Origin: Desulfonatronovibrionaceae bacterium
Lineage (GTDB): Bacteria > Desulfobacterota > Desulfovibrionia > Desulfovibrionales > Desulfonatronovibrionaceae
Assembly (NCBI GenBank): GCA_046539845.1
Contig: JBKHGE010000001.1
Location: 62,001 to 126,000 of the forward strand
Length of the DNA: 64,000 bases
Reading direction: 5' to 3'
Below the pieces are notes generated by a model. It worked only from the letters and a program-made list of their open reading frames with translations. It had not been told where the DNA came from and did no database searches. The position numbers were made by a program, and so were the translations under genes. Of this stretch, positions 10,349-18,711 are shown in pieces (position 1 is the first letter of the stretch; the number at the start of each line of letters is the position of its first letter).

Positions 10349-11722
10349 ATGTCGCACACCATCTTGATCATAGACGATGATTTGAGCCTGCGTGAGGTCT
10401 TGGATATATCCTTGAGCAACAGCGGATACCGCGTCCTGGCTGCACCGGACTCCGGCGAAGGCAGGCGTTATTTGCGGACCGAGCCTGTGGATCTGGTCCT
10501 TTTGGACCTTAGACTGGGCAACGAGAATGGACTGGATTTTTTACGCGAGATTCGAGATAAATATCCGGACATCCCGGTACTTATGATCACTGCGTTTTCC
10601 GAAACCGAGAGTGCTGTTGAGGCCATGAAGCTGGGGGCCAGCGATTTTATCAGCAAGCCCTTTGAACTGGATAACTTTTTGCGTATTGTCCGTGAGACCC
10701 TGGAGGCCATCACGGACCCGGCTGCAGCCACGCCCCCGGTAATAGAAAAGCGAGGCTATTTCGGGGAGATACTCGGGGACAGTCCCTGCATGCAAAAGGT
10801 CTTTCAGATGGTCCGCAGGATGGCCAAGACCAATATTAATGTCCTTATCACTGGTGAGTCCGGCACCGGAAAAGAGCTTATAGCCAGGGCCATACACAAT
10901 GAAAGTGAACAAGGCTCAAATCCGTTTGTCCCTCTAAATTGCGGAGGACTTCCGGAAACCTTATTTGAAAGCGAGCTTTTCGGGTACAAAAAAGGTGCCT
11001 TTACCGGTGCGGATTATGATAAGCCCGGTTTTTTGGACACCGCTTCTCAGGGAACTCTTTTTCTAGATGAAGTGGCCGAGCTTTCTTTGTCTTCCCAGGT
11101 AAAGCTCTTGCGCTGCCTGCAGGAGCGCACTTATGTCCCCTTGGGATCAACTATGGAAAAATCCGTATATAGCAGGTTTATATCCGCAACCAATAGAGAC
11201 CCCGCCCAAATACTCGGCCGGACTTTCCGCGAGGATTTGTTCTACCGTTTAAGTGGGGTAATTATAAATGTCCCCCCGCTTAGGCAAAGAGGAGAGGACA
11301 TAAATAAACTGGCTCACTACTTTCTGGACAAGGCTTCTAAACGACAGAAAAAGGAATTCACAGGATTTACTGCCCAGGCCTTAGACAAGATATTAAACCA
11401 CTCCTTCCCCGGAAATGTACGGGAATTGGAAAACCTTGTAGAGCGCGCTGTGGCAATGGAACAGGGGGAGTTTATTTCCCCGGAGAGCATCATTATTTAT
11501 GACGTCACTATTGACGCCGGATTAAGTCCGAAAGACATGGAGGCCGATAAAGTCCTTTTCGGGGAATTGTCCCTTGACGAATATCTTTTGCTAAAAGAAA
11601 AATATATATTGGATAAAGCATTGGAGGCAAGTTCCGGGCAGAGGTCCGAGGCTGCGTCCCTGCTCGGTTTGAACCAGCGCAAGCTGCGCTATCGATTAAA
11701 AAAAGTCGGCTTGTCCGACTGA
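10349..11722 (+). CDS. Sigma54-dependent response regulator (REC-AAA+-HTH, NtrC/PilR family)
   Basis: Receiver IIDDD...LLD, GESGTGKE, ESELFGYKKGAFTGA, FPGNVRELEN, C-terminal Fis-type HTH. Confidence 0.93.
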   Translation: MSHTILIIDDDLSLREVLDISLSNSGYRVLAAPDSGEGRRYLRTEPVDLVLLDLRLGNENGLDFLREIRDKYPDIPVLMITAFSETESAVEAMKLGASDFISKPFELDNFLRIVRETLEAITDPAAATPPVIEKRGYFGEILGDSPCMQKVFQMVRRMAKTNINVLITGESGTGKELIARAIHNESEQGSNPFVPLNCGGLPETLFESELFGYKKGAFTGADYDKPGFLDTASQGTLFLDEVAELSLSSQVKLLRCLQERTYVPLGSTMEKSVYSRFISATNRDPAQILGRTFREDLFYRLSGVIINVPPLRQRGEDINKLAHYFLDKASKRQKKEFTGFTAQALDKILNHSFPGNVRELENLVERAVAMEQGEFISPESIIIYDVTIDAGLSPKDMEADKVLFGELSLDEYLLLKEKYILDKALEASSGQRSEAASLLGLNQRKLRYRLKKVGLSD

Positions 11723-11737
11723 TGGGGAGGAACCACT

Positions 11738-12478
11738 ATGTTGACCGCTGTGCTGCCGGTAATTCTGGTTATCCTTTTTCTGGCCGCGTCCTTACGAGTG
11801 TTAAACGAGTATGAGCGGGGTGTAATATTCCGGTTGGGCCGGGTTATTAATACCAAAGGACCGGGGCTGATCATACTCATCCCGGTCATTGACAAGATGG
11901 TCAAGGTCAGCCTACGCATCTACACCCTGGACGTCCCGCATCAGGACGTTATCACCCAGGACAATGTGAGCATCAGTGTGAACGCGGTCATATACTACCG
12001 TGCAGTTGAACCCCAAAATGCGGTCCTGGAAGTCGAGGACTATCACTTTGCCACTTCTCAGCTGGCCCAAACCACCCTTAGAAGTGTTTGTGGAGCTGCT
12101 GAGCTGGATGAGATACTGGCTCGGCGGGATGAGATCAACGCCAAGATCCAGTCCATACTTGACGAGCAAACCGATGCCTGGGGCATTAAGGTCTCCACTG
12201 TTGAGCTCAAATATATCGACCTGCCCCAGGAAATGCAGCGGGCCATGGCCAGACAGGCGGAAGCGGAAAGGGAAAGACGGGCCAAGGTGATAAATGCCCA
12301 GGGCGAATATCAGGCAGCCAACCGCCTCTCGGAGGCGGCTGAGATCATCGCCCGGCACCCCCAGGCTTTGCAGCTACGCTATCTACAGACAATGCGCGAG
12401 ATGACCGCGGAAGGCCAGTCCAGTACCATTATTCCCATCTCGCTGGATCTACTCAAATCTTTGACCCCGGACAAATAA
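11738..12478 (+). CDS. SPFH/stomatin (band 7) membrane protein
   Basis: N-terminal TM helix, [43 protein letters not shown]. Confidence 0.93.
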   Translation: MLTAVLPVILVILFLAASLRVLNEYERGVIFRLGRVINTKGPGLIILIPVIDKMVKVSLRIYTLDVPHQDVITQDNVSISVNAVIYYRAVEPQNAVLEVEDYHFATSQLAQTTLRSVCGAAELDEILARRDEINAKIQSILDEQTDAWGIKVSTVELKYIDLPQEMQRAMARQAEAERERRAKVINAQGEYQAANRLSEAAEIIARHPQALQLRYLQTMREMTAEGQSSTIIPISLDLLKSLTPDK

Positions 12479-12503
12479 CAACCTAACTGATCAGGAGCCA
12501 GGA

Positions 12504-13514
12504 TTGAAGTTTCTTGTCACCGGCGCAGCCGGCTTTATCGGCTATCATCTTTGCCGGGCCCTTTTGGACCGGGATATCCCTGTGGTCGGCCTGGATAACC
12601 TGAACGACTATTACTCGGTTCAACTCAAAAAGGACCGGTTGTCCCGATTGACCCCATACCGGAAATTTTCCTTTACCAAGATCGATCTCTTTGATCAAAG
12701 CGCTTTGCAGGAACTTTTTGGCCGGGAATCAATCACCCATGTGGTAAATCTTGCGGCTCAAGCTGGTGTTCGCTATAGTTTGGAAAACCCTTTGGCCTAT
12801 ATCCAGAGCAACATCACCGGTTTTACACATCTGCTAGAGTGCTGCAGGCACAATCGAATAAAACATTTGATTTTTGCCTCCTCGTCTTCGGTATACGGTT
12901 TAAACACACGCATGCCTTTTTCCGTGCACGACAATGTGGATCACCCTATAAGCCTATATGCCGCCAGCAAAAAATCCAATGAGCTTATGGCCCATACCTA
13001 TGCCTATCTGTATGGTCTTCCTTGCACCGGACTGCGCTTTTTTACCGTTTACGGCCCCTGGGGCAGACCGGATATGGCCTTGTTTCTTTTCACCAGGGCC
13101 ATGCTTGAGGGCAGAGCAATAGACGTATACAATCACGGAAATATGCGCCGGGACTTCACCTATATTGATGACATAGTAAGGGGTATCTACCTAGTTTCCC
13201 AAACCCCGCCCTCCCCGAATCCATATTGGCAGAGTGAGACCCCTGATCCGAGTTCCAGTCCGGCCCCGTATAAAATTTACAATATAGGCAATAACAATAG
13301 TGTCTCCTTAATGCACTTTATCCACTGCCTGGAGAAAGAACTGGGTCTGGTTGCCAGAAAAAACTTTCTGCCCCTGCAGCCCGGTGACGTCCCTGAGACC
13401 TATGCCAATGTAGACGATTTGATCCAGGATACCGGCTATAGGCCCGGCACCCCTGTTGAAGAAGGGATAGCCGCATTTGTTCACTGGTACAAGGAGTACC
13501 ATAAAATTAGCTAA
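12504..13514 (+). CDS. NAD-dependent epimerase, UDP-glucuronate 4-epimerase type
   Basis: TGAAGFIG, NLAAQAGVRYS, YAASK, FFTVYGPWGRPDMA. TTG start after an AGGAG SD. Confidence 0.92.
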   Translation: MKFLVTGAAGFIGYHLCRALLDRDIPVVGLDNLNDYYSVQLKKDRLSRLTPYRKFSFTKIDLFDQSALQELFGRESITHVVNLAAQAGVRYSLENPLAYIQSNITGFTHLLECCRHNRIKHLIFASSSSVYGLNTRMPFSVHDNVDHPISLYAASKKSNELMAHTYAYLYGLPCTGLRFFTVYGPWGRPDMALFLFTRAMLEGRAIDVYNHGNMRRDFTYIDDIVRGIYLVSQTPPSPNPYWQSETPDPSSSPAPYKIYNIGNNNSVSLMHFIHCLEKELGLVARKNFLPLQPGDVPETYANVDDLIQDTGYRPGTPVEEGIAAFVHWYKEYHKIS

Positions 13515-13528
13515 ACCTTTTCACGACT

Positions 13529-13819
13529 ATGAGCACGAAATCTTTGATGCACTGTCTTTCCAAGTCCTTTGACCTCCTTGAAGCCCGCGCCAACGAAAAC
13601 ACTCTGCCCGAGCCCAACCTGGTCGGCGAATTTCTCCGTTGCGCCCGCCAGATGCAGATGGAGGCCCCGGAAGAATGGGCGTTTGAGGCCGAAGACTTCG
13701 CCCACCTTGCAGATCAGCTGCACAAGGCAGTTAAGAACAGCGACCTACATACAGCCGTGCAGCTCATAAACTCTCTGAAGGACGCCCAGTTTTACTGCCA
13801 CGATGAGCTGATCAAATAA
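13529..13819 (+). CDS. Small helical protein, XXXCH-domain-like
   Basis: 96-aa helical ORF ending in AQFYCH, with no signal peptide. Family call is from memory. Confidence 0.55.
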   Translation: MSTKSLMHCLSKSFDLLEARANENTLPEPNLVGEFLRCARQMQMEAPEEWAFEAEDFAHLADQLHKAVKNSDLHTAVQLINSLKDAQFYCHDELIK

Positions 13820-13847
13820 CCTAATGTTTCACGTGAAACATTAGGTT
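13818..13847. promoter_or_regulatory. parS centromere site within a 30-bp perfect palindrome
   Basis: AACCTAA-TGTTTCACGTGAAACA-TTAGGTT. The core 13825-13840 matches the parS consensus exactly and lies about 200 bp upstream of parA. Confidence 0.95.
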
Positions 13848-14045
13848 GTTCGTCGCTGCCAAAGCGGCAGCACACAGTTCGTGCGGTCTAGCCCATAACG
13901 CCGGTCAGGCGAGCTTGAACTCGATCGCAAGGCAAGAGTTGCAGACTAAAAAAAAACGGTATATCGGTATTAGTAGTTGGACAATACATCCGGACGAGCC
14001 ATGCGCACAGGTCTGTCGATCAAGTTAAAGCTTAGGGAGGGGAAC

Positions 14046-14813
14046 GTGCCCAGAAAAATAGCCATAGCCAACCAGAAAGGCGGAGTGGGAAAAACCACCA
14101 CAGCAATAAATCTGGCAGCCAGCCTGGCCATTATGGAGAAAAAGGTGCTTTTGATTGACTGTGATCCACAGGGCAATGCAACCAGCGGACTGGGTTTCCA
14201 GCGGGAGGAATTAAAAACCAGCCTGTACCAAGCCCTGATCGACCCCAGCCAGACACAGGGTCTGATTATGGACACCCACCTGTCCCACCTAAAACTCATC
14301 CCTTCGACCCAGGACTTGGTGGGTGCGGAAATAGAGTTGATCAACGAAAAAAACCGGGAGTATTTCCTGCGTGAACTCCTGGACAATCTGGATCTGGACT
14401 ATGAATTTATTGTCCTTGACTGCCCGCCGTCACTGGGCATCGTCACCCTGAACGCACTTTGTGCCTCTGAGGAACTGCTGGTACCCCTGCAGTGCGAATA
14501 CTATGCCCTGGAAGGGATAGCCCATCTGATGAATACATTTGAACTGGTCCGGGAAAACCTGAATACTCGCGCCAAGCTCCTGGGCGTTTTATTGACCATG
14601 TTCGACAAAAGGAACAACCTAAGCCACCAAGTGGCTGAGGAGGTCAAGGGGCACTTTAGAGACAAGGTGTTTACAGGGATAATACCCAGAAATGTACGGC
14701 TCTCAGAGGCGCCAAGCCACGGCAAGGCAGTAATTGAATACGATATCCGCTCCACAGGGACTAAGGCCTACCTGGACTTGGCCAAAGAGGTCATGTCCAG
14801 GCAGGCGGCCTAA
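14046..14813 (+). CDS. parA: Chromosome partitioning ATPase ParA/Soj
   Basis: ANQKGGVGKTTT, DCDPQGNATSG, DCPPSLG, PLQCEYYALEG, IPRNVRLSEAPSHG. GTG start after GGAGG. Confidence 0.96.
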   Translation: MPRKIAIANQKGGVGKTTTAINLAASLAIMEKKVLLIDCDPQGNATSGLGFQREELKTSLYQALIDPSQTQGLIMDTHLSHLKLIPSTQDLVGAEIELINEKNREYFLRELLDNLDLDYEFIVLDCPPSLGIVTLNALCASEELLVPLQCEYYALEGIAHLMNTFELVRENLNTRAKLLGVLLTMFDKRNNLSHQVAEEVKGHFRDKVFTGIIPRNVRLSEAPSHGKAVIEYDIRSTGTKAYLDLAKEVMSRQAA

Positions 14814-15232
14814 TCAAAAGTGCGCTTTTGGTATTCAAACTTTACGCTGTCCTTAAAATGACGCTTCAAGACCCGGGCGCCGCAGCTGCAACAGTGAAAG
14901 GCAACCAAGCCGCCAATACTGGCGGCCTTGAGGATAAATTTTCTGGGTTGGTCTACTGTCCAGTCCTGGGTTTTGCTGCCGCAGGATCTGCAGACTACAC
15001 TGTTCTCCGGTGGATATCTGAAATCCCAGAACTGGAGAAAGCGTTCCCAGTCCCGGACAGGCTCATTGGCCAAAGCCTCGTCAGCAGGGTCCCGGGGCTC
15101 GGCCGGGGGCAAAACCCTGGCCGCTTCTGCTTCGACGCGGTCTGAAATCAGTTCCCACAGGGCGGCCGGGATCATGACCCCCTGGAATTCGTTGCGCGAG
15201 TTATACAAATAGTGGATATCTTTTTCTGACAT
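14810..15232 (-). CDS. Hypothetical protein with C-terminal zinc ribbon (CxxC...CxxC)
   Basis: 140-aa ORF with AGGAG SD and CRSCG/CCSCG motifs, lying antisense between parA and parB. Confidence 0.75.
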   Translation of the reverse strand: MSEKDIHYLYNSRNEFQGVMIPAALWELISDRVEAEAARVLPPAEPRDPADEALANEPVRDWERFLQFWDFRYPPENSVVCRSCGSKTQDWTVDQPRKFILKAASIGGLVAFHCCSCGARVLKRHFKDSVKFEYQKRTFD

Positions 15233-15334
15233 TTAAAAGGCTCCTGTAAAAATTATAGCGGAACAAACAGTCGTGGGAAACATACTGTTGCTTTAGTATA
15301 AACACCGGACCGACAAAGGGCAAGGGCGGAGGAT

Positions 15335-16219
15335 ATGAATACCAAAAGCAGAGGACTGGGCAGAGGACTGTCCGCACTGATTTCAAACAGAGATGAGGAC
15401 CAGTCCCACAGCGGGGGGTCCTTGTACGTAAACGTGGACGAAATCAGGCCGAGTCCGTACCAGCCGAGAAAAACCTTTGACGAGCAAAAGCTGGAGGAGC
15501 TGGCAGCATCCATCCAGGCCAACGGCCTGATCCAGCCACTGGTGGTCCGGCCGATAGAAGACGGGTATGAGCTAATAACCGGGGAAAGGCGCTGGAGGGC
15601 CTGCACAAAGGCGGGGATCAAAAGAGTCCCGACCATTGTCCGCGAGCTGGAGGACAATACAGCCATGGCCCTGGCCATGATTGAAAACCTGCAGCGAGAA
15701 GACCTGAATCCCATCGAAAAAGCCACCGGCATGGAGCGACTACGTAGCCAAGCCGGGCTGGAACAGGAAGAAATCGCAAAAGAGCTGGGGATAAGCAGGA
15801 CCCAGGTGACCAATACCCTGCGACTTCTAAGACTGCCAGCAGAAATCCAAGACATGCTGGCGGAAAACAAACTCTCCTCGGGCCATGCTCGGACACTTTT
15901 GGCCCTGAAGGACTCGACGGCCATGACCGAAGCAGCGGACAGGATTTTAAAAAACGGACTAAATGTGCGCCAGACTGAGAAGATGATCAAACAATGGGGC
16001 AAAGAACAAAAAAAGTCTCCTGCCCGCCCCACAGACAAAGGGTTGAAAGAGACGGTAAAGACCAGGCTGATCCAGTCCCTGGGAGAAAAGATTCGGGTCA
16101 AATTCCAGGGGGACAAGAAATCCGGAAAAATCACCGTGGAATACAAGAACGAAGATGAACTCAATGCTATCTTGTCCGGACTGGAGGAAAAAGCAAAAAA
16201 TGAAGGACAGAGGCAGTAA
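15335..16219 (+). CDS. parB: Chromosome partitioning protein ParB/Spo0J
   Basis: GLGRGLSALI, PYQPRKTF, GERRWRA, ENLQREDLNPIE, HTH. Confidence 0.96.
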   Translation: MNTKSRGLGRGLSALISNRDEDQSHSGGSLYVNVDEIRPSPYQPRKTFDEQKLEELAASIQANGLIQPLVVRPIEDGYELITGERRWRACTKAGIKRVPTIVRELEDNTAMALAMIENLQREDLNPIEKATGMERLRSQAGLEQEEIAKELGISRTQVTNTLRLLRLPAEIQDMLAENKLSSGHARTLLALKDSTAMTEAADRILKNGLNVRQTEKMIKQWGKEQKKSPARPTDKGLKETVKTRLIQSLGEKIRVKFQGDKKSGKITVEYKNEDELNAILSGLEEKAKNEGQRQ

Positions 16220-16328
16220 AGGCACTGAGGGCGGGTCCGCAAGACGCTCTGAACACCTCCTAAAAGGATTAAACAAGAAATAAGCGGCCCCATGAGGCGC
16301 CATCATTACCTATTAAGGAACCGCAAAC

Positions 16329-17318
16329 ATGCACAACAAATTGTTCAATGCCCTGGAGCGGATAAAAGACAAACGAGTGACCATTGTCGGGGACCTTATG
16401 CTGGACAAATACCAATGGGGAGAAGTAGAGAGGATTTCCCCGGAGGCCCCGGTCCCGGTGGTCAGAATAGAGAGGGAGGAATTCTTTCTGGGCGGGGCCG
16501 GTAACGTAGCCAGGAATGTAAAAAGACTGGGAGGCAGACCATATCTTATAAGTGTAGTCGGCAAGGACCAAGCCGGACAGGCGGTACAAAAGCTTTTGGA
16601 ACGGGAAGGTATCGAAAATGAGCTGGTAGAAATCAGGGGGCGGGATACCACTGAAAAGGTGCGCATTATTGCCAGAAACCAGCAAGTGGTCCGGGTGGAT
16701 AAGGATCCGGGGGAGACAATAAAAGAAGAGGACATACAAAATATCTGCCGGCTGTCCAGGCAAAACCCGGCAGAAGACTTTATAATCGCTTCGGACTACG
16801 GCAAGGGAGTTGTCTGCGGACCGGTGCTAAATGAACTGACCAAAACGTTTAAGGTGGTGCTGGATCCGAAAACAGTAAACAGATCCTTTTACAAGGATTT
16901 GTTTTTAATGACCCCGAACATGACCGAGGCCTTTGAACTGGATGGGAGCAGCCCCAGTGAGAAAAAGGACATACTGGACACCGGGAAAAGGCTCGTCCAG
17001 AAGTACCGGCTCACGAGCTTGGTCATAACCATGGGCGCGGAAGGAATGGCCATATTTGAGCAAAACGAGGTCCGGCATATTCCCACCCTGGCCCAGAACG
17101 TATTTGATGTAACCGGTGCCGGGGACACGGTCATAGCTGCTCTGGCCCTTTCACTGCAAGCCGGGAATGATCTTTTGTCCAGCTGCCAGCTAGCCAACGC
17201 AGCTGCCGGACATGTAGTCTCCCAAGTAGGTACTGCTGCCGCGAGCATCTGCGATGTTCGCAAAGTTATTCAGGAAAAAAAGAAATGCAAATGCGAAGAC
17301 TGGGGAAGAAGCGAATAA
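16329..17318 (+). CDS. rfaE1: D-glycero-beta-D-manno-heptose-7-phosphate kinase (RfaE domain I only)
   Basis: VGDLMLDKY.GEVERISPEAPVPV, GGAGNVARN, SDYGKG, DVTGAGDT. Confidence 0.9.
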   Translation: MHNKLFNALERIKDKRVTIVGDLMLDKYQWGEVERISPEAPVPVVRIEREEFFLGGAGNVARNVKRLGGRPYLISVVGKDQAGQAVQKLLEREGIENELVEIRGRDTTEKVRIIARNQQVVRVDKDPGETIKEEDIQNICRLSRQNPAEDFIIASDYGKGVVCGPVLNELTKTFKVVLDPKTVNRSFYKDLFLMTPNMTEAFELDGSSPSEKKDILDTGKRLVQKYRLTSLVITMGAEGMAIFEQNEVRHIPTLAQNVFDVTGAGDTVIAALALSLQAGNDLLSSCQLANAAAGHVVSQVGTAAASICDVRKVIQEKKKCKCEDWGRSE

Positions 17319-17373
17319 TATTTGGTCTTATTGGTCAAGAGATAGCAAAGGGGAAACAGCCGGCCTGAGGAGA

Positions 17374-17916
17374 CTAGCTGCAGGTATAAGAACTACATTC
17401 ACCGGAGAGGGAGAAAAAGGCATGGACGAGATTTCTGGCCTTCTGCCTCGTTTTCGGGTCTACCTTTGGGGCGGGATGGTTATCCACCATCTCCTGCAGG
17501 GAGGAATGATCTGGCAGGGCCTGGAAACCATCGCCAAGCCTCTTGCCGTCAGATACGCGCATAAGGACCCCCTCTTTGGTGTCTGTAACAAACACTAAAG
17601 CCGGGGGCGGGTCGGACACAATCCTGGCTGCGGCCACGTACTGTCTGAGATAGGAAGCAACCGCTCCCGGGCAGAAAGCCACCAGCAGAGCCGGGTTTTG
17701 GCCAGCATAAATCAAGAAATCAATGCTATACTCCACTTTTGTCCCCTGGACCTCAAAGACAAGGGGGACCTTGGTCTGTACCGCTTCGCGGGGATAGCCC
17801 TTATCCTGGATCAAAAGCCGGGCTATGGACTGCCGCAGGTCCTCATAGGTTGTGGCCTGAATATCCTCTCCGGTTACATAATCAGTAATCACCTGATTTA
17901 GACTGGTCTCGTGCAT
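17374..17916 (-). CDS. Stand-alone HsdR N-terminal-like (type I restriction R N-term) domain protein
   Basis: MHETSLNQVITDYVTG...EDLRQSIARLLIQDKGYP...IDFLI resembles the HSDR_N pattern. No other R-M genes nearby. Confidence 0.55.
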   Translation of the reverse strand: MHETSLNQVITDYVTGEDIQATTYEDLRQSIARLLIQDKGYPREAVQTKVPLVFEVQGTKVEYSIDFLIYAGQNPALLVAFCPGAVASYLRQYVAAARIVSDPPPALVFVTDTKEGVLMRVSDGKRLGDGFQALPDHSSLQEMVDNHPAPKVDPKTRQKARNLVHAFFSLSGECSSYTCS

Positions 17917-18065
17917 AAATACGTTCCCCTGGAGTTTGGCGGGTGGCCCCAAAACAGTAACTTCCCCCAAAAACCAAATTGGGGTATGCTGCATTAAAGG
18001 CAGTCAGCGCCTGTTTGTCCATCCAATTACAACTCTCACCCACAGCCGGGCAAGTATGCGTTTTA

Positions 18066-18299
18066 TTAACTATCAGCGGCGTAAACCAGAATCTTTTCCG
18101 CCATACCGTTCCCGATAACCATGTCCGAGCCGCGCACACGTATCCGCACTGGCCCGCTCCCGGCACCGGAAACTTCGACCTCAGTACCGGGAATCAGGCC
18201 CAGGGAACAAAACCTACACCTGGCCTTTCCTCCAGCATCAAACGAGGCGATTTTGACCTTGGATCCGCTGGGAAACTCGGTTATGGGTTTGGGTATCAT
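18066..18299 (-). CDS. feoA: FeoA-family protein
   Basis: 77-aa SH3-like FeoA pattern: RFCSLGLIPGTEVEV..GPVRIRVRGSDMVIGNGMAEKILV. AGGAGG SD. Confidence 0.88.
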   Translation of the reverse strand: MIPKPITEFPSGSKVKIASFDAGGKARCRFCSLGLIPGTEVEVSGAGSGPVRIRVRGSDMVIGNGMAEKILVYAADS

Positions 18300-18378
18300 C
18301 TGTTCAGGCCTCCTAACTTTTATCTTAAGGTTACGCATTGACCATGTCAAGGAAGAGAACTACAAGGTTGGATTTTGC

Positions 18379-18711
18379 ATGGGTATTGACGATTTTTTTG
18401 CAAACGATCAGCTGACCAAGCTTTTGAACCTTCCAGAGGGCATGCGGGCCAGCATCTTTGCCTCCAAAAGACTAAGCGGAGACGAAAAATTCGTGCTGGC
18501 CAATTTGTACCTGCTTGACGCATACGGAAAGCTGGATCGATTCGCCGAGCTTTTGCCGCAAATGACCAAGCTGGAGAGGGAAAAAATCAACTCGGCAATT
18601 GACTCGCTTGCAAGACACAGACTGATCAACCGGGAAAAGCAGAGAATAACCCTAAAAATCAGACCAATGGACTACAAAAAATGCCTGCCAGAAAAGACAT
18701 CAAGAAAATAA
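18379..18711 (+). CDS. Hypothetical protein, possibly winged-helix; overlaps the carB start
   Basis: ORF from [10 protein letters not shown] fills the gap before carB. Helical pattern [14 protein letters not shown]. Confidence 0.5.
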   Translation: MGIDDFFANDQLTKLLNLPEGMRASIFASKRLSGDEKFVLANLYLLDAYGKLDRFAELLPQMTKLEREKINSAIDSLARHRLINREKQRITLKIRPMDYKKCLPEKTSRK

